Under the pieces are notes generated by a model, which ran no database searches, was not told where the DNA came from, and was given only the letters and a program-made list of their open reading frames with translations. Source: a virus. From it: a stretch of DNA of 19,254 nt. Within the stretch, counting starts at the first letter, position 1, and the number at the start of each line of letters is the position of its first letter. The stretch is taken from the IMG/VR virus record IMGVR_UViG_3300045988_028806, positions 1 through 19,254 of that record. The stretch is one strand, 5' to 3'. Below are positions 1 through 5,697 of this stretch, in pieces. The translations under genes and the position numbers were made by a program.

Positions 1-230
1 GAGGGGAGGGGTCCCAGCAGCTATCCTTTTTCCATAACTGCTCTATTCTGTGTTTCGCATTGTTGTTGCTTTGTGTGTTTTTGTGTTGCTGTTGCTTTCT
101 GTGTTTTTTATCTCTGCTTTCTTTGTGTTCGTTTTTTTGTCTTGTTTTGCTTTTATTTTTTGTGTTTTGGGTGTGTTGTTTTTTGTGGTGTGGTATGATG
201 TGAGTATCAACCGATAGGGAGGTAATAAAA
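1..230. repeat. Left inverted terminal repeat (230 bp)
   Basis: Checked base by base: 1-230 equals the reverse complement of 19025-19254 with no mismatch. Identity ends at 231, where the right copy has one extra A. The terminus reads 5'-GAGGGGAGGGG. Confidence 0.97.
191..199 (+). promoter_or_regulatory. Extended -10 promoter candidate TGGTATGAT inside the left ITR (drives the left early genes)
   Basis: TGnTATGAT box lies upstream of SD GGGAGG (217-222) and ATG 230. The same 9-mer recurs at 751, 2175, 16388 and, mirrored, in the right ITR. Confidence 0.5.
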
Positions 231-460
231 TGAACACCGTTGTTTCGTTTGATTGGTGGCACAATTCCATAACAGTGGCATTCACTGATTGCAATACCGT
301 GCATTATTTTTCGATGGGTAATGCCGTTACTGTCAAGGGTGTGAGGGAGCGTATGCGTCGTGAGTTGCGTAGGGAGGCTGGCGTGGAATTGTCTAATCTG
401 AGGTTTTGGAAAACTGATGGTTCTGTTGAGTATTATCGTGCGAATAGGGAATGTGAATGA
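230..460 (+). CDS. Hypothetical early protein (76 aa)
   Basis: ATG 230 with SD GGGAGG 217-222 (7-nt spacer). The stop overlaps the next start (ATGA at 457-460). No motif recognised. Confidence 0.6.
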   Translation: MNTVVSFDWWHNSITVAFTDCNTVHYFSMGNAVTVKGVRERMRRELRREAGVELSNLRFWKTDGSVEYYRANRECE

Positions 461-693
461 TTATGAAAGAGTATACGTATATTGTCGTTGACTGGAATGG
501 CCGTGACTATTTTCAAGTGGAAGCGCCGATTCGTAATTACCATGTTGCCCACGCCAAAGACTCTTATGAAGCTTTGCGTAGAGTTTTACAGCTTGAGGGC
601 GTAATACTTCGCGCTTATGTCAACCAATTCGGAACCGAACGTGTGGTTGGTGGTGGTGGCTATGTGTCTTACTATTACAAGGTGGTGTATTGA
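457..693 (+). CDS. Hypothetical early protein (78 aa)
   Basis: ATG 457 is translationally coupled to the upstream stop, with AGGGA about 8 nt upstream. No motif recognised. Confidence 0.6.
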   Translation: MIMKEYTYIVVDWNGRDYFQVEAPIRNYHVAHAKDSYEALRRVLQLEGVILRAYVNQFGTERVVGGGGYVSYYYKVVY

Positions 694-694
694 C

Positions 695-763
695 ATGTTC
701 GCTTCTGTCCTTGTTATTTGCGCGTGCGTTGTTGGTGTTGTTGTCATTTTTGGTATGATTTAG
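695..763 (+). CDS. Possible 22-aa hydrophobic mini-ORF (MFASVLVICACVVGVVVIFGMI)
   Basis: Hand translation. ATG 695 has AAGGTGG (679-685) 9 nt upstream and stop TAG at 761-763. It is too short for the ORF track. The product is one uninterrupted hydrophobic stretch. Confidence 0.25.
   Translation: MFASVLVICACVVGVVVIFGMI
751..759 (+). promoter_or_regulatory. Extended -10 candidate TGGTATGAT
   Basis: Exact copy of the ITR 9-mer. An in-frame GTG at 766 lies 6 nt after the TATGAT hexamer, so it is a possible leaderless start for the next gene. Confidence 0.35.
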
Positions 764-777
764 GAGTGGTTGTTTTG

Positions 778-972
778 ATGGCTCTTCGGTTTATTGGATG
801 CACGATTGTGTTTTTAGCGCTTGCGGTGGGAATCTCTCTCGTCGGTGTCGGCTTGTGTGATTCCGAGCGTGATGACTTCCGTGATGTAGTGTCTTTTGTC
901 GTCATTGTCGCAACCTTGTGTTTGGTTGCCGCCGCTCTACTGCTTTTTTTGCGGTATATAATTAGGGAGTGA
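778..972 (+). CDS. Small two-TM membrane protein (64 aa from ATG 778; 68 aa if the leaderless GTG 766 is used)
   Basis: Two hydrophobic segments (ALRFIGCTIVFLALAVGISLVGVGL and VVSFVVIVATLCLVAAALLLFL) flank an acidic loop. AGGAG lies at 762-766. The ORF-track start at TTG 718 is unlikely because its N-terminus is W/C-rich. Confidence 0.55.
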   Translation: MALRFIGCTIVFLALAVGISLVGVGLCDSERDDFRDVVSFVVIVATLCLVAAALLLFLRYIIRE

Positions 973-977
973 TTGGA

Positions 978-1199
978 ATGTGTTATGGTGATATTCGAGT
1001 CGGGAAGTTCGATAGCCCCCACATGGGGGGTGATGTGCGTATCGAATACTGTACTCACCAACATTTGTTCTACATTGCGTACGGTTTGACTATAGGAACC
1101 GCGCGATGTGGTTATGACCCTACGAAGGCTACTGAAATGCGTGCTATGGTGTTGGACGCTATGGATATTGCATCTAAACCGCTTAAGGATAGGAGTTGA
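978..1199 (+). CDS. Hypothetical early protein (73 aa), tandem paralogue of 1201-1428
   Basis: ATG 978 has SD AGGGAG (964-969) 8 nt upstream. About 10/30 identities to the next ORF across GDVRIEYCTHQHLFYIAY / GDVVLWYSPQCHMFALRY, and the C-termini are similar (SKPLKDRS / CTPLEERE). Confidence 0.55.
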   Translation: MCYGDIRVGKFDSPHMGGDVRIEYCTHQHLFYIAYGLTIGTARCGYDPTKATEMRAMVLDAMDIASKPLKDRS

Positions 1200-1200
1200 T

Positions 1201-1428
1201 ATGTCTCTAGATAAAAAGTATAAGGTTGCCGTATTTCCATCTCGATACGTGGACGGTGATGTTGTTTTGTGGTATTCGCCTCAATGTCATATGTTTGCAT
1301 TGCGGTATGTGGCGGACAGTGAGGGTATGAAAACGCGCTCGTACTGCGACGACTATTATCGGGACGTTGCGTCCACTGTTATCGATGGAAGACGCATTGC
1401 CTGCACCCCATTGGAAGAGAGGGAGTGA
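1201..1428 (+). CDS. Hypothetical early protein (75 aa), tandem paralogue of 978-1199
   Basis: ATG 1201 has AGGAG 7 nt upstream, directly after the stop at 1199. The longer 1108 start would overlap the previous gene. Confidence 0.6.
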   Translation: MSLDKKYKVAVFPSRYVDGDVVLWYSPQCHMFALRYVADSEGMKTRSYCDDYYRDVASTVIDGRRIACTPLEERE

Positions 1429-1440
1429 CCATGTATTTTC

Positions 1441-1662
1441 GTGGTTGGATACATTCATGGACATGTGGCACGTGCCCGGACGCTGATAGTTATTGGCGGT
1501 TGCGCGCTTTTCGGGCTGGCATACGGCACAAGCGGAGTGCCCACAATCCGCCGAAACGTTGCTCTAATCGACAGCTGTGGGCGGTCATGTGGATTTATGG
1601 TGATAGTGATTTTCTTGGCGGATTGGAGTTTTAAGCATGAAATCGAAGAATTTGAATTTTGA
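1441..1662 (+). CDS. Possible small membrane protein (73 aa, GTG start)
   Basis: Two hydrophobic segments. Hand count gives codon-position-1 G at about 40% in this frame against about 25% in the competing frame (1431-1634). Overlaps the next gene by 26 nt. The frame choice is uncertain. Confidence 0.4.
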   Translation: MVGYIHGHVARARTLIVIGGCALFGLAYGTSGVPTIRRNVALIDSCGRSCGFMVIVIFLADWSFKHEIEEFEF

Positions 1663-2167
1663 TAAAAGCAAAAAACGTACAAACTGGTTTGACGATGGCG
1701 TGCTGGATGATGACCGCGTGCGAAGGGTTATTCGTGGGCGTCGCCGTAATCTGCACTTGCGCGAATATAATCGCGGTGAGGGCGATTGGGAGACGTTTTG
1801 CCGCAGTGTGGCGCTACTGAAATCTTTTTACAAACCTCAAGGCGGGCAGGTGGCGTTTGCTGATGGCATCGAACATGCGGCAAATATTTGCTTATCACTA
1901 TCCCATAGCACATCTCGTGTCGGCGCGTTGGCGCGAACTCAGGATATCGAAATGCTTGGCGGCGTTATTTATGCCCCGGCTATGGTGGCGTGGTGCGCCG
2001 TCTGTCATGTCAAGGGTGCGACGTGTTATGAAATGTGCAAAATCTGGGATGGCAACGAATTTGCCCAGACTATCGTCAAAATCGCGTGTCGTTGTTTTGA
2101 CAATCTGACAGACGTGCGGTATACTGATGAAGATATTGCAAGAATGTCACAGCAGCAACAACAATAA
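1637..2167 (+). CDS. Hypothetical early protein (176 aa): basic N-terminus, Cys cluster, QQQQQ tail
   Basis: ATG 1637 with GGAG about 10 nt upstream. Cys at residues 120, 123, 130, 134, 151 and 153 (WCAVCH..CYEMC..CRC). Confidence 0.7.
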   Translation: MKSKNLNFDKSKKRTNWFDDGVLDDDRVRRVIRGRRRNLHLREYNRGEGDWETFCRSVALLKSFYKPQGGQVAFADGIEHAANICLSLSHSTSRVGALARTQDIEMLGGVIYAPAMVAWCAVCHVKGATCYEMCKIWDGNEFAQTIVKIACRCFDNLTDVRYTDEDIARMSQQQQQ

Positions 2168-2184
2168 GATAAGGTGGTATGATC

Positions 2185-2499
2185 ATGGCATACATCAAGA
2201 GAGCCAAGCATTACAGTGTCGTGCGCGGCATCACGCGCGGTGAGAACGGTGAACTCGTTGACATTGAGGTAGTCGTGAATGGCGCGTGCCGTACTGCTGA
2301 CATGGCTATGAAAAAAGCCCGCAAAATCAACAAGGACATGCTACCTATGTCTGCCGAATATCATGCGCAGGCAACGCGCATGGACGAGGCGATTTATTGG
2401 GCTAATTGCGAATTTGGAGATGATACCATTATCGACTATCCGGGGCCGGTTAACGGCAACGTGGTCGAAGATGATATTATCGCCGAGGAAAATAACTAA
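2185..2499 (+). CDS. Early protein (104 aa) with acidic C-terminus; possible analogue of phi29 p6 dsDNA-binding protein
   Basis: ATG 2185 has SD AAGGTGG (2171-2177). It is the same length as phi29 p6 (104 aa as I recall), has the same acidic tail, and sits directly upstream of the SSB gene. By-eye sequence similarity is weak. Confidence 0.55.
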   Translation: MAYIKRAKHYSVVRGITRGENGELVDIEVVVNGACRTADMAMKKARKINKDMLPMSAEYHAQATRMDEAIYWANCEFGDDTIIDYPGPVNGNVVEDDIIAEENN

Positions 2500-2526
2500 T
2501 AATCCCTATAAGGAAAGGCAACACAC

Positions 2527-2964
2527 ATGGCTAACAACGAACTGACCGTAACGAACGGCAACAACTTTTCCGCAAACGGCACTAACGCCGTATCCCACTT
2601 TTTCGATACCTCCTCTGTGGATGGCAAGATGGCGCTGTACAACGCCATGCAAACCGCCGACAGGGTAGACGAACACCTTAACGAGCCGCTGCACGTCACC
2701 AACGTGCTGGCGCAGGCCATTGAAGTCGCCAATCAGGAGACTGGCGAAATCAATCCGTCCACCCGAGTCGTCATTCACGCGGAAGAAGGCGACTTTGCCG
2801 CCGCTTCTCCCACGCTGGCGCATGCTTTTGGTAGTCTGTTCGCCATTTTCGGCACGCCGAACACATGGAATCAGCCACTTGCCCTAAAGGTAGTGGAAAA
2901 GAAGAGTCGCCGTGGCTATAAATTTTTCGACCTTGAACTGGTGTCGGAAAAAGGCCGCAAGTAG
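2527..2964 (+). CDS. Single-stranded DNA-binding protein, phi29 p5-like (145 aa)
   Basis: By-eye matches to remembered phi29 p5: FDTSSVDGKMALYNA vs FDTETLEGQIKIFNA; RVVIHAEEGDFAAASPTLAHAFGSL vs TTIFAADGSLYSAISKTVAEAASDL; LKVVEKKSRRGYKFFDLELVS vs VKVVQGTSSKGNVFFSLQLS. SD AAGGAAAGG lies upstream. Confidence 0.8.
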   Translation: MANNELTVTNGNNFSANGTNAVSHFFDTSSVDGKMALYNAMQTADRVDEHLNEPLHVTNVLAQAIEVANQETGEINPSTRVVIHAEEGDFAAASPTLAHAFGSLFAIFGTPNTWNQPLALKVVEKKSRRGYKFFDLELVSEKGRK

Positions 2965-3026
2965 ACAACTTGTCCACATCATATGATAACATGGTAACGT
3001 CCTTGTAGGGATGTTGCCGCCAGACT

Positions 3027-3063
3027 CACCCCCGTCGTTTCCATCCTTGCGGCGGGGGTGTTT
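3027..3063 (+). terminator. GC-rich hairpin, weak intrinsic terminator or attenuator candidate
   Basis: CACCCCCG (3027-3034) pairs with CGGGGGTG (3053-3060), followed by only TTT. It lies in the 122-nt gap between the SSB and terminal-protein genes. Confidence 0.4.
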
Positions 3064-3086
3064 CATACTTACACAAGGGAGAGGTT

Positions 3087-4034
3087 GTGGCAAAACGTAA
3101 AAAAACCAACCGACGCGCCAACAACCTGAAACGCAACGCCGCAATCAGGTCGGCACAGGTACGCCGAGAACAATCAGTCAGAGACTACAGTACCGGACGC
3201 CTCCCCAAGCAAATCACCGAAACATTTCTAGGAAAACTCAGCGCCCAACAGCTCGAACAGGTGGCACGCCGCATTGGGCAGGAGTTTGGAGAACAACAGC
3301 AAGCCTTAAAGGCGCGAGATAATGAGCCGTATCAGGTTGTTCCCAACGTCCATGTCACGAAACTTGACCGTGAGATGGCATCGCGGCTTCCGATAAGCGA
3401 TGCGGAAATCGTCGCCGCCCCGTCGAAACGTCGGAAAACATTGCGGCAGCAGCAGCGCCGTCGTATTGAAGCACGACAGAAAATCAAGCGTGCTCAACAA
3501 TTCGAGGCGCTGAGTATGGCTAGTTATACCGTGGGTGAAATGCGTGAAATGGAACGTGCGGGGGAATCGCCGTTCGACGTGTTAGGGACTCACACGGTCG
3601 GAGGTTCGGCACGTGACGAACTCATGCGAAGCCGTGCGAACGTGTTCGGCTCAGAGCGCGGGATAAGCCATGCGCGCGTGATGATTCGAGAGGGGAATCG
3701 GAAGAGGCTTGAACGGGAGATGCTTGAATACGCCGGACTCGTAGGGCGTGCGCCGTTACGTGCGGGAACTAGGCAGATTTCCAAGAGCGAGGGTGTTTCG
3801 GATTTTGATAAGGCTGCCCAGCAACTCGAAGCGTTCGATTCTAACGTCGCCCAAAAATTCGCATCCCTGTCGAGCCGTCAAAAACGATGGCTGATAAACA
3901 ACACGAATTTCAGCGTTGTTGTGCGTGAGGCAACATGGTATAATGATAAAGCACACAAATGGGAGACTAAAGCAGACGCGGGAGATGTAGAGACACGACT
4001 TGATGAATGGATGACCAGCGCGGCAAGACACTAA
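3087..4034 (+). CDS. Terminal protein candidate (315 aa, very basic)
   Basis: GTG 3087 after SD GGGAGAGG. It sits immediately upstream of the protein-primed DNA polymerase, as phi29 gene 3 does. The N-terminus is K/R-rich (MAKRKKTNRRANNLKR). I see no convincing sequence similarity to phi29 p3, so the call rests on synteny and composition. Confidence 0.55.
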   Translation: MAKRKKTNRRANNLKRNAAIRSAQVRREQSVRDYSTGRLPKQITETFLGKLSAQQLEQVARRIGQEFGEQQQALKARDNEPYQVVPNVHVTKLDREMASRLPISDAEIVAAPSKRRKTLRQQQRRRIEARQKIKRAQQFEALSMASYTVGEMREMERAGESPFDVLGTHTVGGSARDELMRSRANVFGSERGISHARVMIREGNRKRLEREMLEYAGLVGRAPLRAGTRQISKSEGVSDFDKAAQQLEAFDSNVAQKFASLSSRQKRWLINNTNFSVVVREATWYNDKAHKWETKADAGDVETRLDEWMTSAARH

Positions 4035-4048
4035 AAAAGGATGGAATT

Positions 4049-5509
4049 ATGAAAGAGCGTCGAACGGCGGCAACAGACGGCGCAACACTATTGACGGACG
4101 ACGGTATAACGCCATTGATGGTGAACGCCGTTATCCGTCTCACTATGCTTGATCATCACACGCGCGTATGGTGCGCTCATGGATGGCAGGACATCAAGCC
4201 TATAGCGGCTGAGTTATTGAGGCGTCTTCCCTTGCAATCGAATCCAGCAAAGGATGGGGTCTGGGGTACTTTTAACATTCGTGGTCATTTCTACAGTTTC
4301 CGGGTACGTATGGGCGGTATCACTGTGGATTTTCTGGACGTGCGCAATATTACACGCGATGACGGACTGAATGTTTCACGTGAAACGTTTGGTGGTGTGA
4401 ACGACTTGGAAACCACGTGGAACATCGCGCAGGAATGCGACGACCTAAAACTCAAGGGCAATACCATAGCGTCAATGGCTATGACTGACTATATTGACGG
4501 GGATTATGCTGATTTCAAGCGTCACTTTCCACCATTGACTCAGGCCGACTATCGTCGAATGCGCCCCTCCTATTATGGCGCGATAGTGTACAGCAGGGCG
4601 GGCGAATACCGAGATTGCAGGAGTTGGGATGTGAATAGCCTCTATCCGAGTATCATGCGCGACTTTGCTATGCCCGTAGGCTCACCCATATGGTATGAAG
4701 GAAAATACCATGATGATGCTGATTGCCCGCTGCATATCGATGTTGTCTCGTTCGATGCGCGACTGAAATCGGGAAAAACGGCGACGCTCACAAACATCCT
4801 ACCAGTATGGGGGTATGAGGGCGAACGTCTGGACAGTACGCTAGGCGTCGTCACCATGCCGGTGACTGACGTGGATTGGCAAACTCTGACGGAAAACTAT
4901 GACGTGCATGTGTGGGAGCATATCGGCGGCTGGAAATTCCGCAAATCACATGGACTCTACCATGCGTATGTGGACAAATGGTTCCACGTGAAACAAACCG
5001 AAACCGGCGAGCGTCGGCAGATGGCGAAACTATTGTTGAACTCGTTGGTGGGAAAATTCGGAGCTTCGCTTTACCGGCCTATGCTGCACCCGAAGCCTTC
5101 CGGCGACGGCGGCGTGGATTTTACCGTGGACAAACCCGAGTCGGCCAACTCACTCGCATGGCTACCGACCGCCGCATATGTCAACGCCTACGGTCGGCAA
5201 ATACTGTCCCGCGCGATGAACGCGAACGCCGACCGCGTACTTTACGCCGATACGGACAGCATGATATTGGAGGGATTGGACGCACCCGTGGGCGTCGAGA
5301 CGGACGATAGGAAACTGGGCGCGTGGAAAAACGACCACACCTATGAAAAACTTCGCATTCTTGGTAATCGCAAATATTGCGGCGTAGAGGAAGACGGCAG
5401 TACGGTGATGCGGTTGAGTGGCGTGCATCGAGCCGCCCCTATCCCCTACGACGATTTTCTGCCGAGGTCGCGCCATGTCAACGATGACGGCTGTTTTTTT
5501 GTGCTATAA
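4049..5509 (+). CDS. Protein-primed family-B DNA polymerase (486 aa)
   Basis: Motif A WDVNSLYPSIM (from nt 4628), motif B KLLLNSLVGKFG (5027-5062), motif C LYADTDS (5240-5260) and a KxY-like GNRKYCG. All are close to phi29 DVNSLYPAQM / KLMLNSLYGKF / YCDTDS / KTY. Start ATG 4049 has AAAAGGA 7 nt upstream; the ORF-track start 4007 overlaps the upstream gene. Confidence 0.92.
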   Translation: MKERRTAATDGATLLTDDGITPLMVNAVIRLTMLDHHTRVWCAHGWQDIKPIAAELLRRLPLQSNPAKDGVWGTFNIRGHFYSFRVRMGGITVDFLDVRNITRDDGLNVSRETFGGVNDLETTWNIAQECDDLKLKGNTIASMAMTDYIDGDYADFKRHFPPLTQADYRRMRPSYYGAIVYSRAGEYRDCRSWDVNSLYPSIMRDFAMPVGSPIWYEGKYHDDADCPLHIDVVSFDARLKSGKTATLTNILPVWGYEGERLDSTLGVVTMPVTDVDWQTLTENYDVHVWEHIGGWKFRKSHGLYHAYVDKWFHVKQTETGERRQMAKLLLNSLVGKFGASLYRPMLHPKPSGDGGVDFTVDKPESANSLAWLPTAAYVNAYGRQILSRAMNANADRVLYADTDSMILEGLDAPVGVETDDRKLGAWKNDHTYEKLRILGNRKYCGVEEDGSTVMRLSGVHRAAPIPYDDFLPRSRHVNDDGCFFVL

Positions 5510-5510
5510 T
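5502..5510 (+). promoter_or_regulatory. Consensus extended -10 promoter TGCTATAAT overlapping the polymerase stop codon
   Basis: TGnTATAAT is an exact consensus. The predicted TSS is near 5517, at the 5' edge of the structured ORF-free region. Confidence 0.5.
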
Positions 5511-5516
5511 GGCTAG

Positions 5517-5680
5517 TAGCGGGGTGTGCGTCCCGAGCCGATTCGATGGCCCGGCCGGTGGGCAAATCGGTAAGGCGATCCGGTCGGATGTAGACGTGCG
5601 TAGCCAACGCCCATCGACGGCGAGGGAACCCGCACAGCCTAGCAATTCCGGCACGGCAGCGTGATTGCTGCCGTGCCATC
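5517..5680 (+). ncRNA. Candidate structured RNA (pRNA-like: three-way-junction domain plus 3' hairpin), or else a structured late-operon leader
   Basis: No plausible + strand ORF here. Hand-folded long interrupted helix 5521-5549/5611-5640 closing hairpins 5551-5587 and 5598-5610. A separate perfect 11-bp hairpin lies at 5650-5660/5667-5677. See findings. Confidence 0.35.
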
Positions 5681-5697
5681 TACCTTAAGAGGTGACT

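Noticed and set aside
43-294. 83-aa ORF on the - strand running through the left ITR
   Set aside because: The K/T/N-rich translation is simply the complement of the T/G-rich low-complexity ITR. It has no start context and would be duplicated in the right ITR. It is an artefact of composition.
1431-1634. Alternative ORF (ATG 1431, frame 3) competing with 1441-1662
   Set aside because: It has the better SD spacing (GGGAG 6 nt upstream) and abuts the next gene neatly. Its product is W/R/C-rich, however, and G at codon position 1 is only about 25% against about 40% in the other frame. I kept 1441-1662 at low confidence, and this remains a live alternative.
2175-2183. TGGTATGAT copy as a promoter for the 2185 gene
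   Set aside because: The ATG at 2185 lies only 1 nt after the hexamer, so this copy cannot drive that gene as a leadered or leaderless transcript. Here the sequence doubles as SD (AAGGTGG) plus an upstream ATG. It is noted only as part of the motif count.
4007-4048. Upstream ATG 4007 as the DNA polymerase start
   Set aside because: It overlaps the terminal-protein gene by 28 nt and has no SD. ATG 4049 has AAAAGGA at an ideal distance.
4403-4417. DLETT as the polymerase ExoI motif (it resembles phi29 DFETT)
   Set aside because: It lies only about 75 residues before motif A and after the region that aligns with the strand following ExoI in phi29. That leaves too little room for an exonuclease domain downstream of it. 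It is probably a coincidence, and is mentioned in the polymerase finding.
5446-5679. 77-aa - strand ORF, and the idea of a tRNA, in the gap between the polymerase and scaffold genes
   Set aside because: The - strand product is Arg-rich with no SD, and it would be antisense to the polymerase 3' end. I could not draw a cloverleaf, and no T-arm GTTCRANYC-like sequence is present. A structured non-tRNA RNA is the better reading.
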